NCBI GenBank assembly: GCA_951406725.2 | Contig: OX597828.1 | Coordinates: 68,696,001-68,760,000, forward strand | Reading direction: 5' to 3' | Length of the DNA stretch: 64,000 nt | Origin: Octopus vulgaris | Taxonomy: Eukaryota | Shown: positions 39,101 to 51,819 of the stretch, in pieces | Numbering within the stretch: the first letter of the stretch is position 1 | How the letters are laid out: every line of letters starts with the position of its first letter | Program-made: the position numbers and the translations under genes | Notes under the pieces: model-generated | The model's input: the letters and a program-made list of their open reading frames with translations, nothing else | Database searches by the model: none | Told to the model about the DNA's origin: nothing

Positions 39101-40964
39101 CATACAGAGATGAGTGGATGTAACTGCATTTAGTTTCCACGCCATCATGTAGTGGAACCTAATATATAAAATTATTGAAGAATCGAAGTAAACAACCTGA
39201 AAGTATTTGCTATGCAGGTTTGATGTAGAAAATTGTTTGGAGAGTCTGAGAAATAATAACTAGTCAGTCTGGGGTAAGCAATTACATCAACAAACGTTCA
39301 TCTCGCCACGGGTCTTCAGTTGTTTAATTTGCTTCGGCAGTTTGTTTATGAGGTAGATGATATTAAATTTCTTTCATAGAAAATTAGTTGGAAAGCAACT
39401 AATCATGGCGATATTTATATTTTGCAACTTGACACAAGTTCTGGTGTTAAGGCTGCCGTGAGATGTTATGCATATAAGCCTTCAATGGAAGTCTCTTATG
39501 AAACGATAAAACAAATATATTTTCATATTTTCAATAATCTATACATTGCAATCAAAAGGAGATTGACATTTAACAGCGATTTATTTTCCTTGAAAACCTG
39601 TGAAGAAAAATAAATTTATAAGATTAGAACAGCTAACACTCAGACTCATACATTATAATACATGAATTACTTTTATCGTTAGGGTAGGAAAACTGGTTCC
39701 GCAAACAATTAAGGCACGCTTAGATTGATTAATTGACTGATCCATCAACATATCAATATGCACGTGCTAATAGGTTAATAAATAAATACATTTGTTTTGT
39801 TGATTCTCTTGATGTCGAAGCTGAGCTGTATTGGCTCTTACCTTTCCTTTGGGTGACATGAATGGCAATGGAAAGAAAGGGGACTTGCTGCATCGACAAC
39901 TGTCGGCCTTTCACAAACCAAATTCGCATAATCATAGTCTTTGTTATGGCGTTAAAATGTGATTCATTATTCGTTTAAATATTCATTTTACATATTATAC
40001 ATAACTCTTATTAGAACTTTCTTTTTCTTGCTAATCTATGATTGTGAATTTTATTTCATTCAGGACGGGGGTTGATTTCTTCCTCGCATAACATTGGTTC
40101 TCCTTCATTACAAATTGGTTCCTTCATGGCGGAGAAAATTTTTATAGGTTTCTTGTATACCTCTACTTTTGGGTCATTTTCCGGTGTTTTCCTTTTTTCA
40201 TTTGTTGAGCATAAGTCTTCTTATCTCCCTTGACCTTAGTCTGGTCTCCATCCTCATAAGTGACTGGGTTAGTATTGTTATGAGGGGATACTTCCTGGTT
40301 GTTTGGTATTAGTTGTTATAGCTGTGGTTGATTTCCAGTTTTCATCTGTTGCCCCTGAGAGAGTGAGATTTTGACTCCTATGGCTCACACCTAGTTATGA
40401 GAATGAGGAAATTTCATTTCTTAACTCATGGGCCTGATATTACCCTCTACAGGACACTGTTCTAGTTTTGCTTTATAATCTCGTGGAGATATGTTGACCC
40501 GCACATCCTTAGTGGTCCCGCCCGAAAACATATCGCTAAATGTTAGATCTGTACTGACCATCTGCTATATCGTACTATGAAGTTAACAAGTCAGGAGTCA
40601 AAATCATCATCGATGTCCCCCACCGTGATCTTTGTGTTCCTCCTTCCCAGATTATAGGTACCTGTATCGCGCACTATTTATACTTGGGCTTCGACCTGTT
40701 TAAAGACGACATATTGCTACGCGTTCTTTTCTCCCATTCAGGGATATTTCACTTAAAATATCTGCCAGGGATGATTTCACTTCTTGTTAAGATAGAAGAA
40801 GGTAATTTGTTGAGTGTGTGGTAGAAATGGAATTTGTGGTTATAATAATAATTGTAATAATCTGTTTAGATACTATTCGTAATCTGTTTAGTGCTATTGG
40901 TAATATGCATTCTAGTACAACCTGATTCACGGTTTGACCGTTGGCGACTAAACCGGACAGTCGT

Positions 40965-41082
40965 ATTTCTTTAATGCTCACAAGGGGCTAAACACAGAGA
41001 GGACAAACAAGGACAGACAAACAGACTAAGTCGATTATATCGACCCCAGTGCGTAACTGGTACATATTTAATCGACCCCGAC
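40965..41082 (-). mobile_element. SINE family A, 3' half only
   Basis: CACAAGGGGCTAAACACAGAG...ATCGACCCCG. Confidence 0.85.
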
Positions 41083-41264
41083 AATCGTACCAAGCGCTTG
41101 CCTGGTAAGGAGGGTGGATTTTGTTGGACACCCTGTAGGACGAAAAACGAAACTTGTTAAAAGGTAGATAATCTCACTAGAATCAACAGCCATCCAAATA
41201 ATAATATGATGATGATGAAATATACACCTATTGAGCACTCTAAGTAGATTTTCGTGCATAAGAG

Positions 41265-42650
41265 AAAGTGAGTAACTTGCTGTTTATGGGTTATTTAAAA
41301 CCTTATAGCAAAGATTAGAATTCAATGGATTCCCTACTGCAAACTATAAGAATATTTAATAGTGACATTGGGCTGACATTCAAAATCGAGAAATGGGCTA
41401 TGATGGAGGTAAAATGGAAGATCTCCCTGATGGGGAAACAATAAAATCATGAAATATCGAAGAATACTGGAAAGGGATGATGTCAAAAGTATAAAAACGG
41501 AAAAGTCCTCATTTGGTTGAATGAATATTTTAAAACAGAAATGTAATGCGGGAAATGTCGTACAAGTAATCAAGTTGAGGGAAAATTCGAGCGGGAGAAG
41601 AGTGATGTATAAATATGAACAGAAAGACGAAGGGTCTCACAAGGCAAAGAAGCAAGGCCCCTAATCAGATATGGACGGGTTATAGTGGAAGAGAGCAGAT
41701 GTAGGAGGAGGATTAATCAGTGTCGAAGAGATAATGGAACAAACGTAAACATTACTAGGCTTTTGTTTTTAAAATATAGACTCCTTAAGGAGGTAATATG
41801 TAAAGGACTATTTACAACATTTGTGGTAATCAAAAGTAGACAGTGATATGTGTAAAAAAAGGTAAGTTAAACATTGATGAAAATAAACTTTATTTAGTGT
41901 TTTTCAAAACGAAAGGAGATAAAGGATAAGTATAGCTGATTTGGGCTAAAACAACTAAAAAAAGAACTATTGAAGGAAGAAATAGGAGCAAGTGATTTTA
42001 TTAGTATCGGAGCAGGTCTTAAGGGTGAATTGCATCAAGAGAATGATAGGTCTACAGGATTCTTTACTAAATGTAGAATTCATAATGAATCAGTTATAGC
42101 TACTATTAACATCGAATCGGAATGTTCACTGTTAACTCAAACTGAAGACAAAAATTATAGGTATGATTAGATTGCAGCTATACTTCCCTAGAATTTTTGC
42201 GAGAAATTCAATTTTGCATGTACAGGAAAGAGCTATAGTCATTTCGGGGGAAAAAAAATGAACATCCTCAAAACGATGAAGTGAGAGTGTTATGGAACTT
42301 TCCTATACAAGCTGAATGAAAAGTAGAACACAATAAGCCAGATATTGTAGATGTTGATAAGAAGAAGAAACCATGTATTGTAAACGATGCGGTTCGCGCA
42401 ATTGGTACGGGAGTCAAGAAAAAGGAAAAAGAAAAGCTGAGTATTTTACTGACTTGATGCATGAATTTTTTCAATTGCTGGAGCAATGAAATTAACAAGG
42501 TTATGATCTTGCTAATTATCATTAGAGCTTTGGCAACTGAGACAAAGAATTTGAGCGCAAACCTTTGAAACTGAGGCGTTAATCAATGAGTGGAACCAAT
42601 GCAATAAAGTCTGTTATTTCAGCAAGAATTGTCTGGAAAATATCGATACA
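41265..42650 (+). mobile_element. R4/Dong LINE fragment (RT C-terminus, Zn knuckle, RLE), pseudogenised
   Basis: NLLFMGYLKPYSK..DSLLQTIRIFNSDIGLTFKIEK (compare HLLFMDDLKLY..DSLIQTVRIFS.DIGMEFGIEKC), SDMDGL*WKRADVGGGLISVEE, CRIH..IESECSLLTQTE and NDEVRVLWNFPIQ..VEHNKPDIVDVDKK. Confidence 0.85.
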
Positions 42651-43246
42651 AAAGAACATAAAGAGCAAACTGTTATAGAGAAAGTAAAAAAAAAAAAAAG
42701 GAATCTTTTCATACTGGACTACGAATTTGGGTTTAAAAGAAGTTTAATTCAACTGGTTACAGCTCCAGAACCATATTAACTGACTTACAATAACAAGAAT
42801 AACTATTTTATATTTTATAGTATCACAAACTACTATAAAACATATAAATTGAATATGTGTGTGAGAGAGAGAAACAGAAGTTATTGACATTATAGAGCTC
42901 ATGTGGGGTTCACTGTGAAGTAATGCTCCAACATTTGGAACAGGGCCGCTGCTGCTGCCGCAGGCGCGGAGATCTTAAAGCATGTCCCCAAAATAGCCCC
43001 AACGCTGCATGGCATAAAGTTATTCACTGATATGTTCCAACCTCTTTATTCTGGTTTCCTTTTGTGTCGTTACTTTAATTGTCTGAGCTCATACCAGATT
43101 CACTCGGGACTTAGGGATCCGCTTGTCTCTCCTCTTCTCCTTTTACCCCCGATCATGTTCTGCCCGAAGTACTACACCAATTCTTCCTTCCCAGAAGATC
43201 AACCTTTAGATCTCTCTTCGCTCATGTCTTTATTTTAATGATCCAA

Positions 43247-43304
43247 GAACGTCATTAATCTCAACGTCATTAATCTCAACATCATTAACGTCATTAATCT
43301 CAAC
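43247..43304. repeat. 15-bp minisatellite
   Basis: AACGTCATTAATCTC repeated about 3-4 times. Confidence 0.8.
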
Positions 43305-44183
43305 GGCCCCGCGCAGGCCATGGGCACTGTCCCGCCTTCTTCCCCAGAAAGTAATAAAACAAAAAAATTTAAATAACAAATCATAGTTCACCTGTGGTGA
43401 AATTCTTTCAGTTTTAACATGCAATTTCAGATCAAGTCATTTTGTCATAAAGCACAACTTCAAAATAAATAAATGTACAAGGAACATAAATAATTGAAAT
43501 ATTTATTATTCGGTTTTTATATTGCTTTAATTCTATGTCAGTGTTTTTCTCAGAGAGCATCCATCCACACACACAAAAAAAACCCCCACAGTAAATATAT
43601 AAAATAAAAATAATAAGAGAGAAAAAAAGGCAGTAAAAAAGTTCAATCAGTAATAGATGAAATTGACCGGAAAGAGGGAGTGGTAGACTTGGATAATTAT
43701 ACTCCAAATAATCTTTGTTTTTTATTGAGCAAAAATAACGAGCGGTTATAAAAACGAATATAAGATCCCAAGAAAGTAGTTACGGTTTGTGTCGGCAATT
43801 AGTTAGCCTGACTGTTAATTCTTACAATTTATTTTTGTCGTAGTTTTGTGATAGTTGAAACTTTATGGTGTCTTTAAACGCTAACTTCCCTTTATCTTCC
43901 ACATTGTTATTATTCAATATGGACATTTGAAATAAATAGCTACAGAATAAGACAGCTAAACGGAATTTCGAAAATCCAGTTTAATTTCTGACCCTTCATA
44001 TAATCGGAAAATTAGTGAGCATAAAATCTTATGCTCTAATTGATTTCTGTTTATTTTATAATAGATTTTAATCATTAGTAGCTATTAATTATGGTGCCAG
44101 CAATTCCTTTCGTTTTTCTGAATAGATCTAGATATAGTCTACATTACTTTGGATATTAGGCGAGAAATAGTGTGTTTTTAATG

Positions 44184-45425
44184 CAGGGGTCGGCAAGATA
44201 TTTGCTTCCACGGACCGGATCGAGTATTAATGCCGGTTAGCGGGCCGGATGAAGGCCATAAAAGAATAATTATGGAAAATTACACAAGCTAAATTTTAAA
44301 CACGAGTGTATTAATCACAGATGAAAAAATGTCATTTATTCAATCTAAGACTTCGTTGGAATCATTTATTTAAAAAATCTTAAAAATACACACCAGCCAA
44401 AGATTAATGGGAAACTTCATGTTTTTTGTTCCTTGAAAGTTTCTCAACATTAGGCTTCAAAGTTGGTGCCAAGAGTAAGATATTGGTGTCAAGATGTATA
44501 TCAGTTAATCTTGTTCTCAAATTGTTTTTAGTTTGCTTCGATTTAGAAAATAATTGCTCACACTGATAAGTGCTTCAAAACAAAGGTGCCATCTTTTTTG
44601 CATGATTCACTAAGTTGCTATACTTCCCACTTGGAAAAATATATTTTTGCATAGAAGTCAATCAATGAAACAGTTTTAGAACGACACTTAGATCTCAATA
44701 AGTCGTCACACCACATATCAATCAATTCCATTTGAAAACATTCTGATACCTATTTCTTTACTAACCACAAGGGGCTAAACACAGAGAAAACAAACAAGGA
44801 TAGACAAACGGATTAAGTGGATTACATCGACCCCAGTGCGTAACTGGTACTTAATTTATCGACCCCGAAAGGATGAAAAGCAAAGTCGACCTCGGCGGAA
44901 TTTGAACTCAGAGCGTAACGGCAGACGAAACACCGCTAAGCATTTCGTCCGGCGTGCTAACGTTTCTGCCAGCTCGCCGACTTAAAACATTCTGATACCG
45001 TCTCCATCTCCACACCAAATGGTGTAGCAAACAATTTAAACTGGTTTGCATACAGACTGAAGTCAGCCAAACGTGATGCAAATTCATTTTTCAAATCTTG
45101 GATTATATTCACAAATAGCTCTGAATCCAGGAGTTTCCTTTCTTAAAATATTGGAAAATGCGCATAATTTTTATGACCAAATTGATGTTCCCACAACTGC
45201 AGCTTTTTTTAAAGGTAACTGTGTGGTTATACATTTCATTTACGAGCTGAATTTTACCTTGAAGTTGTAAACTTAAGTCACATTATCCACAGAAAATGTC
45301 AAAGTTGCAAGCCAATCAGGGTCTCCAAAATGTGAACTATTCGCACGTCTGCTTTCGAGAAATATCCTCACCTCTTTGTGTAAGGCAAGGACTCTCTTTA
45401 GCATTGATCCTCGAAGTGTAGATTT
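44184..45425 (-). mobile_element. hAT (Charlie/SPIN, GTF2IRD2-like) transposon 3' remnant
   Basis: Terminus CAGGGGTCGGCAA. The minus strand gives LRGSMLKRVLALHKEVRIFLE..DPDWLATLTFSVD, MELID and F*STYQCEQLFSKSKQTKNNLRTRLTDIHL..PNVEKL..KHEVSH* (hAT dimerisation domain). Confidence 0.85.
44751..44983 (-). mobile_element. SINE family A inserted in the hAT transposase remnant
   Basis: 16-bp TSD AAAACATTCTGATACC at 44735-44750 and 44984-44999. Confidence 0.92.
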
Positions 45426-45533
45426 CAACACAAAAACCTGGGCGAGATCACATATACTGGTGTTCACTAGCTGTTAATTCTCATTAGAGGAAGTCTTAAA
45501 GCAGGATCTATTTTCAGAAATAAGTATCATCTT

Positions 45534-45897
45534 AAGGCGGCGAGCTGGCAGAAACGTTAGCACGCCGGACGAAATCCTTAGCGGTATTTCGTCTGCCGTT
45601 ACGTTCTGAGTTCAAATTCCACCGAGGTCGACTTCGCCTTTCATCTTTTCGGGGTCGATTAAATAAGTACCAGTTACGCACTGGGGTCGATATAGACACA
45701 GAGGGGACTAACAAGGACAGACAAACGGATAAATCGATTACATCGACCCCAGTGCGTAACTGGTACTTAATTTATCGACCCCGAAAGGATGAAAGGCAAA
45801 GTCGACCTCGGCGGTATTTGAACTCAGAACGTAACGGCAGACGAAATACCGCTAGGCATTTCGCCCGGCGTGCTAACGTTTCTGCCAGCTCGCCACC
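45534..45897. mobile_element. Tail-to-tail fused inverted pair of SINE A
   Basis: A plus copy at 45534-45693 (3'-truncated) is joined to a minus copy at 45694-45897. Confidence 0.88.
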
Positions 45898-46884
45898 TGT
45901 TTGATACCACCTCGTAGATGTCAATGTTATACAAATTTAAAAATTTCACATGTTTACTTTAGTTAGTCAAGATTTGTTATTCTATCAATTGCATAGTAGT
46001 GCATTCAAATAAACGGACACTGAAAGTTCCACAAATAAAACAAACAACGAAAGCATTTCAATATAGCTTTGATTGTCTTTGTTAAACACACACGCACGTT
46101 TGTGCAAGAAAGAAAACCAAAGCAATATTGAAATGGCTTTCGCCTTTTGTTTTATTGGTGGAATTTTCAGTTGGATAAGGATAAATTATCGAGGCAGGTA
46201 CCATATGACCTCTGTTATAATCCGGTTTCTGGCTACCCGCATCAACTTGTAAGGAACACCCAGGATTACTTAAAGTGAGCAATCTCATTCTAATTCATAC
46301 GTTGGGTAAATCCTGGGTTGGTTTCGCTGGATTATAAATATCTAACTGTGTGGATATCCAAGACAATTACAACGAATACGGAGATTAGTTCATCTGCTTA
46401 CTTTTTTTTCTGCAGTTAATTATACAGCATATTTAGTTTAAATCCTGCTGCATAGAAAACTTGTGATTGCATTTGTATCCAGCTATTTTCCACTGCTAAT
46501 ATGTACCGTAATTTCGCTAATAAGTGTCTGTATATTTGCAAGCTGACATAGACATTCTCTTGGTTCTCCCATCATTTACCTTGCGCAACATCAAAGATGT
46601 AACACATTGAGGGAGGAAGAACTGTATCAGCCCCAGGCTGGTACACGTTTTCAACAGAGTAGACCTGAGGAGTGGCAAATGATGTGCCTTGCTCAAAGAT
46701 GCAACGCGTTGTCCATTCTAGAAATCAAACCTTAATGAGCGTGGTGTCAGGACACAAACCATTACGCTACGAGACTTCAACCAGGTACACAAACACGTGC
46801 GCGCGCACACACATGCTTATACCTGTGCTTTTACATGCATCACAGTCATATATATTATACATACATGCACTAACATATATATAC

Positions 46885-47076
46885 TCTTACTCTCTCTCTT
46901 TTACTCTTACTTGTTTCAGTCATTTTGACTGTGGCCATGCTGGAGCACCGCCTTTTAGTCGAGCAAATCGACCCCAGGATTGATTCTTTGGAAGCCTAGT
47001 ACTTATTGTATCAGTCTCTTTTGCCGAACCGCTAAGTTACGGTTGTCAAGCGATGTTGGGGGAAAACACAGACACA

Positions 47077-47150
<74 letters not shown>

Positions 47151-47322
47151 AATATATACGACGGGCTTCTTTCAGTTTCCGTCTACCAAATCCACTCACA
47201 AGGCTTTGGTCGGCCCGAGGCTATAGTAGAAGACACTTGCCCAAGGTGCCACGTTCTGGGACTGAACTCGGAACCATGTGGTTGGTAAGCAAGCTACTTA
47301 CCACACAGCCACTCCAACGCCT
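46885..47322 (-). mobile_element. tRNA-derived SINE family D with an internal (TA)n(TG)n tract
   Basis: Minus strand GGAGTGGCTGTGTGGTAAG..GAGTTCAGTCCC..CCTTGGGCAAGTGTCTTC..GAAAGAAGCCCGT, then the microsatellite, then GGCGGTGCTCCAGCATGGCC and a TAAGAG tail. Diverged pieces occur at about 32480-32650, 36960-37110 and 57440-57490. Confidence 0.85.
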
Positions 47323-48196
47323 ATATATGTATATTTGTAAAGGAAGTATTCCAAAATGAAAATTGACTGAATAATGGGCTCAGTACATATCTATTTATTT
47401 GGAATTTAATTTCAATACATGCATTCGTACAAACGTATATATAACAAATAATGAAACGCTCTTCTTTTTCGCACGCTTCATTAAATTGGGAAAAGCTATT
47501 CTTTTATGCACGACCATATTCAACTTCTATCATTTATATTTTTAGACTGTATTTTTATCAACCTCTTACAGTTTATTGGAGACAGTAAAGTTCTATATTA
47601 TATTCGACCTTTCCAAGGCTTCAGAATCTCATTTCCAAGAATTCAATGTGTTTGGCGTCTGTGTTGTTTCATATATGCTAGTTGGATTTATGTAGGATTT
47701 CCCGCCAGCGATTTTCGACCGTTAGATATTTATGTTAGCAGATAAGTGTTAATTTTTTGAAGTGTTTTGCTTGCCTGTTGATTTTGGTATTGTTCTGCAA
47801 TGGATATGGCTCTCATAATTAATCTTCTGTTTTAAGAAGATTAAAGAATTTTTTGACATCTGTTGTTTATTATTAATCCTAAATAAATATGAAGCTGTAT
47901 CCTTTAATTTTCTACTTTTTTATTCACAAACCAAGAAGATATGTTGCGAGACAGTCGTTATTTTAAAGACATACATCTTGTAATCACTTAAGAGACACGT
48001 CTACACTGTCGGATACTCCTAAGCTAGTTAAGTATGCCATAGATGCTAGAGAGATCAAAACAAGTGCAGTGATTAATAAACATTCTCGTATCTTCCATCT
48101 TCCGTCTCTTTCATTATATATATATATATATAAATGAAAGAGACGTATGAGTATATGTGCGCACACACCTACACACACACACACACACACACACAC

Positions 48197-48227
<31 letters not shown>

Positions 48228-48448
48228 CAATAGGGTTATAAGAAATTATTATTACTAGCGGCCTAGCACAAAAACGAATTAGTCGTTAGTCATTAGAGTA
48301 TAACTGGTCTCAGCGAATATTTTTGGGCTGAAAATAGTTAGAAACCATTGTCTGGGAAATAATTGAGATGGTAAACGTTTTTAATTTTAATTTCTTTCGA
48401 GAATTTATCCTTTATTGGTGGTTTGAGTTGTATTTCTGTATTTCTCAC

Positions 48449-48528
<80 letters not shown>

Positions 48529-49067
48529 TTAGATGAAACACGGAAAATTTGACATAAATGAAACTTTTAGAGGGCAATCAATTTTAATCTAAGTGTTCCA
48601 GCCAGTTGTTCTTTTTCAAAATGTTTTCTTTCTGGTTCTTCATATCTTACGTAACCTTTTGGTTTCTGGATAAAAGGATATCGCAGGTGTTTTTCATAAG
48701 TATAGTGTATGTGTCATTCCAAGACAAACAACAATGTTATTTATGTGAAAATTGTTTCAATCAGAAACCCACTTCTCTTTAAAATCTTAGGTTTTCATCT
48801 TTGAGAATCCACTCGTCACCTCTAAATAACCTGGACTCACTAATTTATTTTTGCCACCATAAAACATCTATTGAATTAATCATTGCAGTAGTCCATCGTT
48901 GTCTTCTCCTCTTCCTCTCTTTTCGCATTCATCCCTCTTCACCTGCTTCCCTCCTTCTCCCCTTCATCGTTATCATTATCATCTTACAATTAGTTGTCTA
49001 TCAACCGCCCACTTCCGTCTCCCTCAATTTCTTCATCACGAACATCGTCGACCACACCAACACAACA

Positions 49068-49136
49068 TCACCACCACCACCACCACCACCATAACCACCA
49101 CCACCACCACCACCACCCTCCACCACCACCACCACC

Positions 49137-49169
<33 letters not shown>

Positions 49170-49227
49170 TTCTTTGTTGTTTATTGACATTATCAACAGA
49201 ATAATAATAATAATAATAATGATGATG

Positions 49228-49280
<53 letters not shown>
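49068..49280. repeat. Compound trinucleotide microsatellite (CCA)n/(CAT)n/(AAT)n
   Basis: Seen directly in the sequence. Confidence 0.95.
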
Positions 49281-49966
49281 TTTAATAGCTTGCCGTGCGT
49301 GTCTCATGCTGTACGTAACCAAAATGTATTCTATTCTTGAGAACACAATAGAAGAAATTCCTGCAGGCAAAATACATTGGCAAGTACAATTTGTGAAGTG
49401 TTACGTGTGGGATGTGTGGGATGTTCTGAGCTAGATCTCTCATAGACGAAGTTAGCAATGAAACATACGACTCTAATTGCAACATGCGTTTGTGTTTGAT
49501 GCGGTATTGCAATTTTCCGCAGAAGAAAAGCAGGATTGTAGCATCAACACCGGAAACGGATCCATTATGATTGTAAAATTGAAGTGTGCATAACCATGTG
49601 GTTGTCTACGCAAAGCTATACCTTTGATTGAAGCAGAAGTGATTGCTTTCACTGTTAGAGGGTAGTGAAAAGTGCGAAATGTACTCACTCGAGCTCACTG
49701 AATTAGGTAGAGAACTCGTCCACGGTGCGACATCATGGCCATCTTGCAGCCAACGTGGCGTTGATGCTATTGTCACTATAATATGCGTCACACACATGCG
49801 CACGCACACACACACACATGCGCACGCACACACACACACACATGCGCACGCACACACACATTATTATTATTATGGTTATTTAAAACAGTTTGATTCGGCT
49901 CCATGCCATGCTTTAAATAATACATGTAATTCTTACAATATATATGTGTGTGTTTGTGTATGTATG

Positions 49967-50250
49967 TATATATAAAAATTAGAAAGAAACCACCTTTTAT
50001 CAATTCAAAATGAACAATTAAATTATACCATCTAGAAAATTACAATTACATATAATAGAAATATTAAAATTAAAATAACAATAATATACCGATGATTAAG
50101 TAAATTGCAAAATAATAAATTTACTTAATCATCGGTATATTATTGTTATTTTAATTTTAATATTTCTATTATATGTAATTTTCTAGATGGTGTAATTTAA
50201 TTGTTCATTTTGAATTGATAAAAGGTGGGTTTTTCTAATTTTTATATATA
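49967..50250. repeat. Near-perfect hairpin with ~135-bp arms
   Basis: Arms are 49967-50106 and 50119-50250 with a 12-nt spacer. Confidence 0.92.
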
Positions 50251-51430
50251 TATTTATATATACATATATATATATATTATATTTTGTGAAATTTAATTTA
50301 GTATTTCTAAATTGAATTTTTCCCTGTAAGTGATGAATAATATTCCTTCAAATAATTATTATATGTGTGTATATATAACAACGCATCCAGCACCATTCAT
50401 TCCACCCACGTACACGCACATATACCATCTTATTATCATTCAATCTTGGTCATTTCTGTCTTGAGTCCTTGGAATCATGCCGCCGGTTTCCTGACTTCTG
50501 TGGGATGTGAGTTACCGAAATAAAAACAATCGCCCTGAACAGGACGGCACTCACCAGGATGGTGCCGCGTGAAATGAAGTGTCTCGCTCAAGAACACCAT
50601 GCACAACCGGGTCTTGCGATCGCTTGTGCTACACTGTAACTGCTACGCTACATGCGTGTGTTTGTGTGTATGTATGTATGTATGCACGGGGACATATTTT
50701 CACATATATATTTATATATGTATGCGTTTAATTTATACATGTATATGTGTAAATATATTTATGCATATAAATTTTTCAAATAACGAAAAAACAGAGTACA
50801 AGACATACAACACAAGGAATATTCCCCTTCTTCAGCTGTCCCTGTTTCGGCTACTCCACGTTCGAAGGTAAGGACAAAACGCGACTTCGTTGAAACAGTC
50901 CTTCCCGCAAAGCAAATTAAATGAAATATGCATATATGTGTCTATACACAATTGTTTGTGTATTGATGTATGCGAAAGCAAGTAACTTTGTACTTACGGT
51001 GTTGAACTCATGATCATAATATTGTGGTTTCGATTCCTGGACCGGGCGACGCGTGAAGCAAAATACTTTATTTCACGTTGCCCCAATCCATTCAGTCGGC
51101 AAAAATGAATAAACCTGTAAAAGATCGGCATCTCATCGAGGTGTGAAGGCATATATAAGCCACAGAATCCGGGAAACCGGTTTTAAGAGCCTATGACTTG
51201 GGAAGGATCTTTAATCCTTTTTTTGATATATTTATGCATACGTATGTGTATACAGCTATATCTACCCATGTAAATGCCTATATATATATAAATGTTTATA
51301 CGTATATTTATACATATATTTATCCATTTTCCATTAGCTCTCTCTATCTACCTATATATCTATCTATTTGTATGTATGTGTGTATATATATAAACACCCC
51401 CATATAAATATACAAAGATACATACATATA

Positions 51431-51483
<53 letters not shown>

Positions 51484-51496
<13 letters not shown>

Positions 51497-51727
51497 AAAT
51501 GAAGAAAATGCTGACAAATAATTGAAGTAATTTAAGTAATTTAATTAGGTGAAAGTTCTTTTTACCGGTTGCGCATTTGTTATGCTTATCAAAATATGTG
51601 TGTATATATGTGTGTATTTTGATAAGCATAACAAATGCGCAACCGGTAAAAAGAACTTTCACCTAATTAAATTACTTAAATTACTTCAATTATTTGTCAG
51701 CATTTTCTTCATTTCCTTTTTATATAT
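51484..51727. repeat. Near-perfect hairpin with ~113-bp arms
   Basis: Arms are 51484-51596 and 51615-51727 with an 18-nt TG/TA spacer. Confidence 0.92.
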
Positions 51728-51756
51728 CACCACTCGTGTTCGACATCTCCTTTTTT

Positions 51757-51819
<63 letters not shown>

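Noticed and set aside
47500-47900. Possible GIY-YIG remnant on the minus strand
   Set aside because: Only vague similarity through many stop codons; it cannot be supported without an HMM search.
48899-49434. Poly-His/Pro/Ile ORFs resembling low-complexity transcription-factor segments
   Set aside because: They are trinucleotide microsatellites open in several frames, with no domain or splice support.
50770-50930. CTGAAGA and GAAAC on the minus strand of a repeat also present at about 51985-52050
   Set aside because: The order and pairing do not give a hammerhead fold (no NUH with matching stems).
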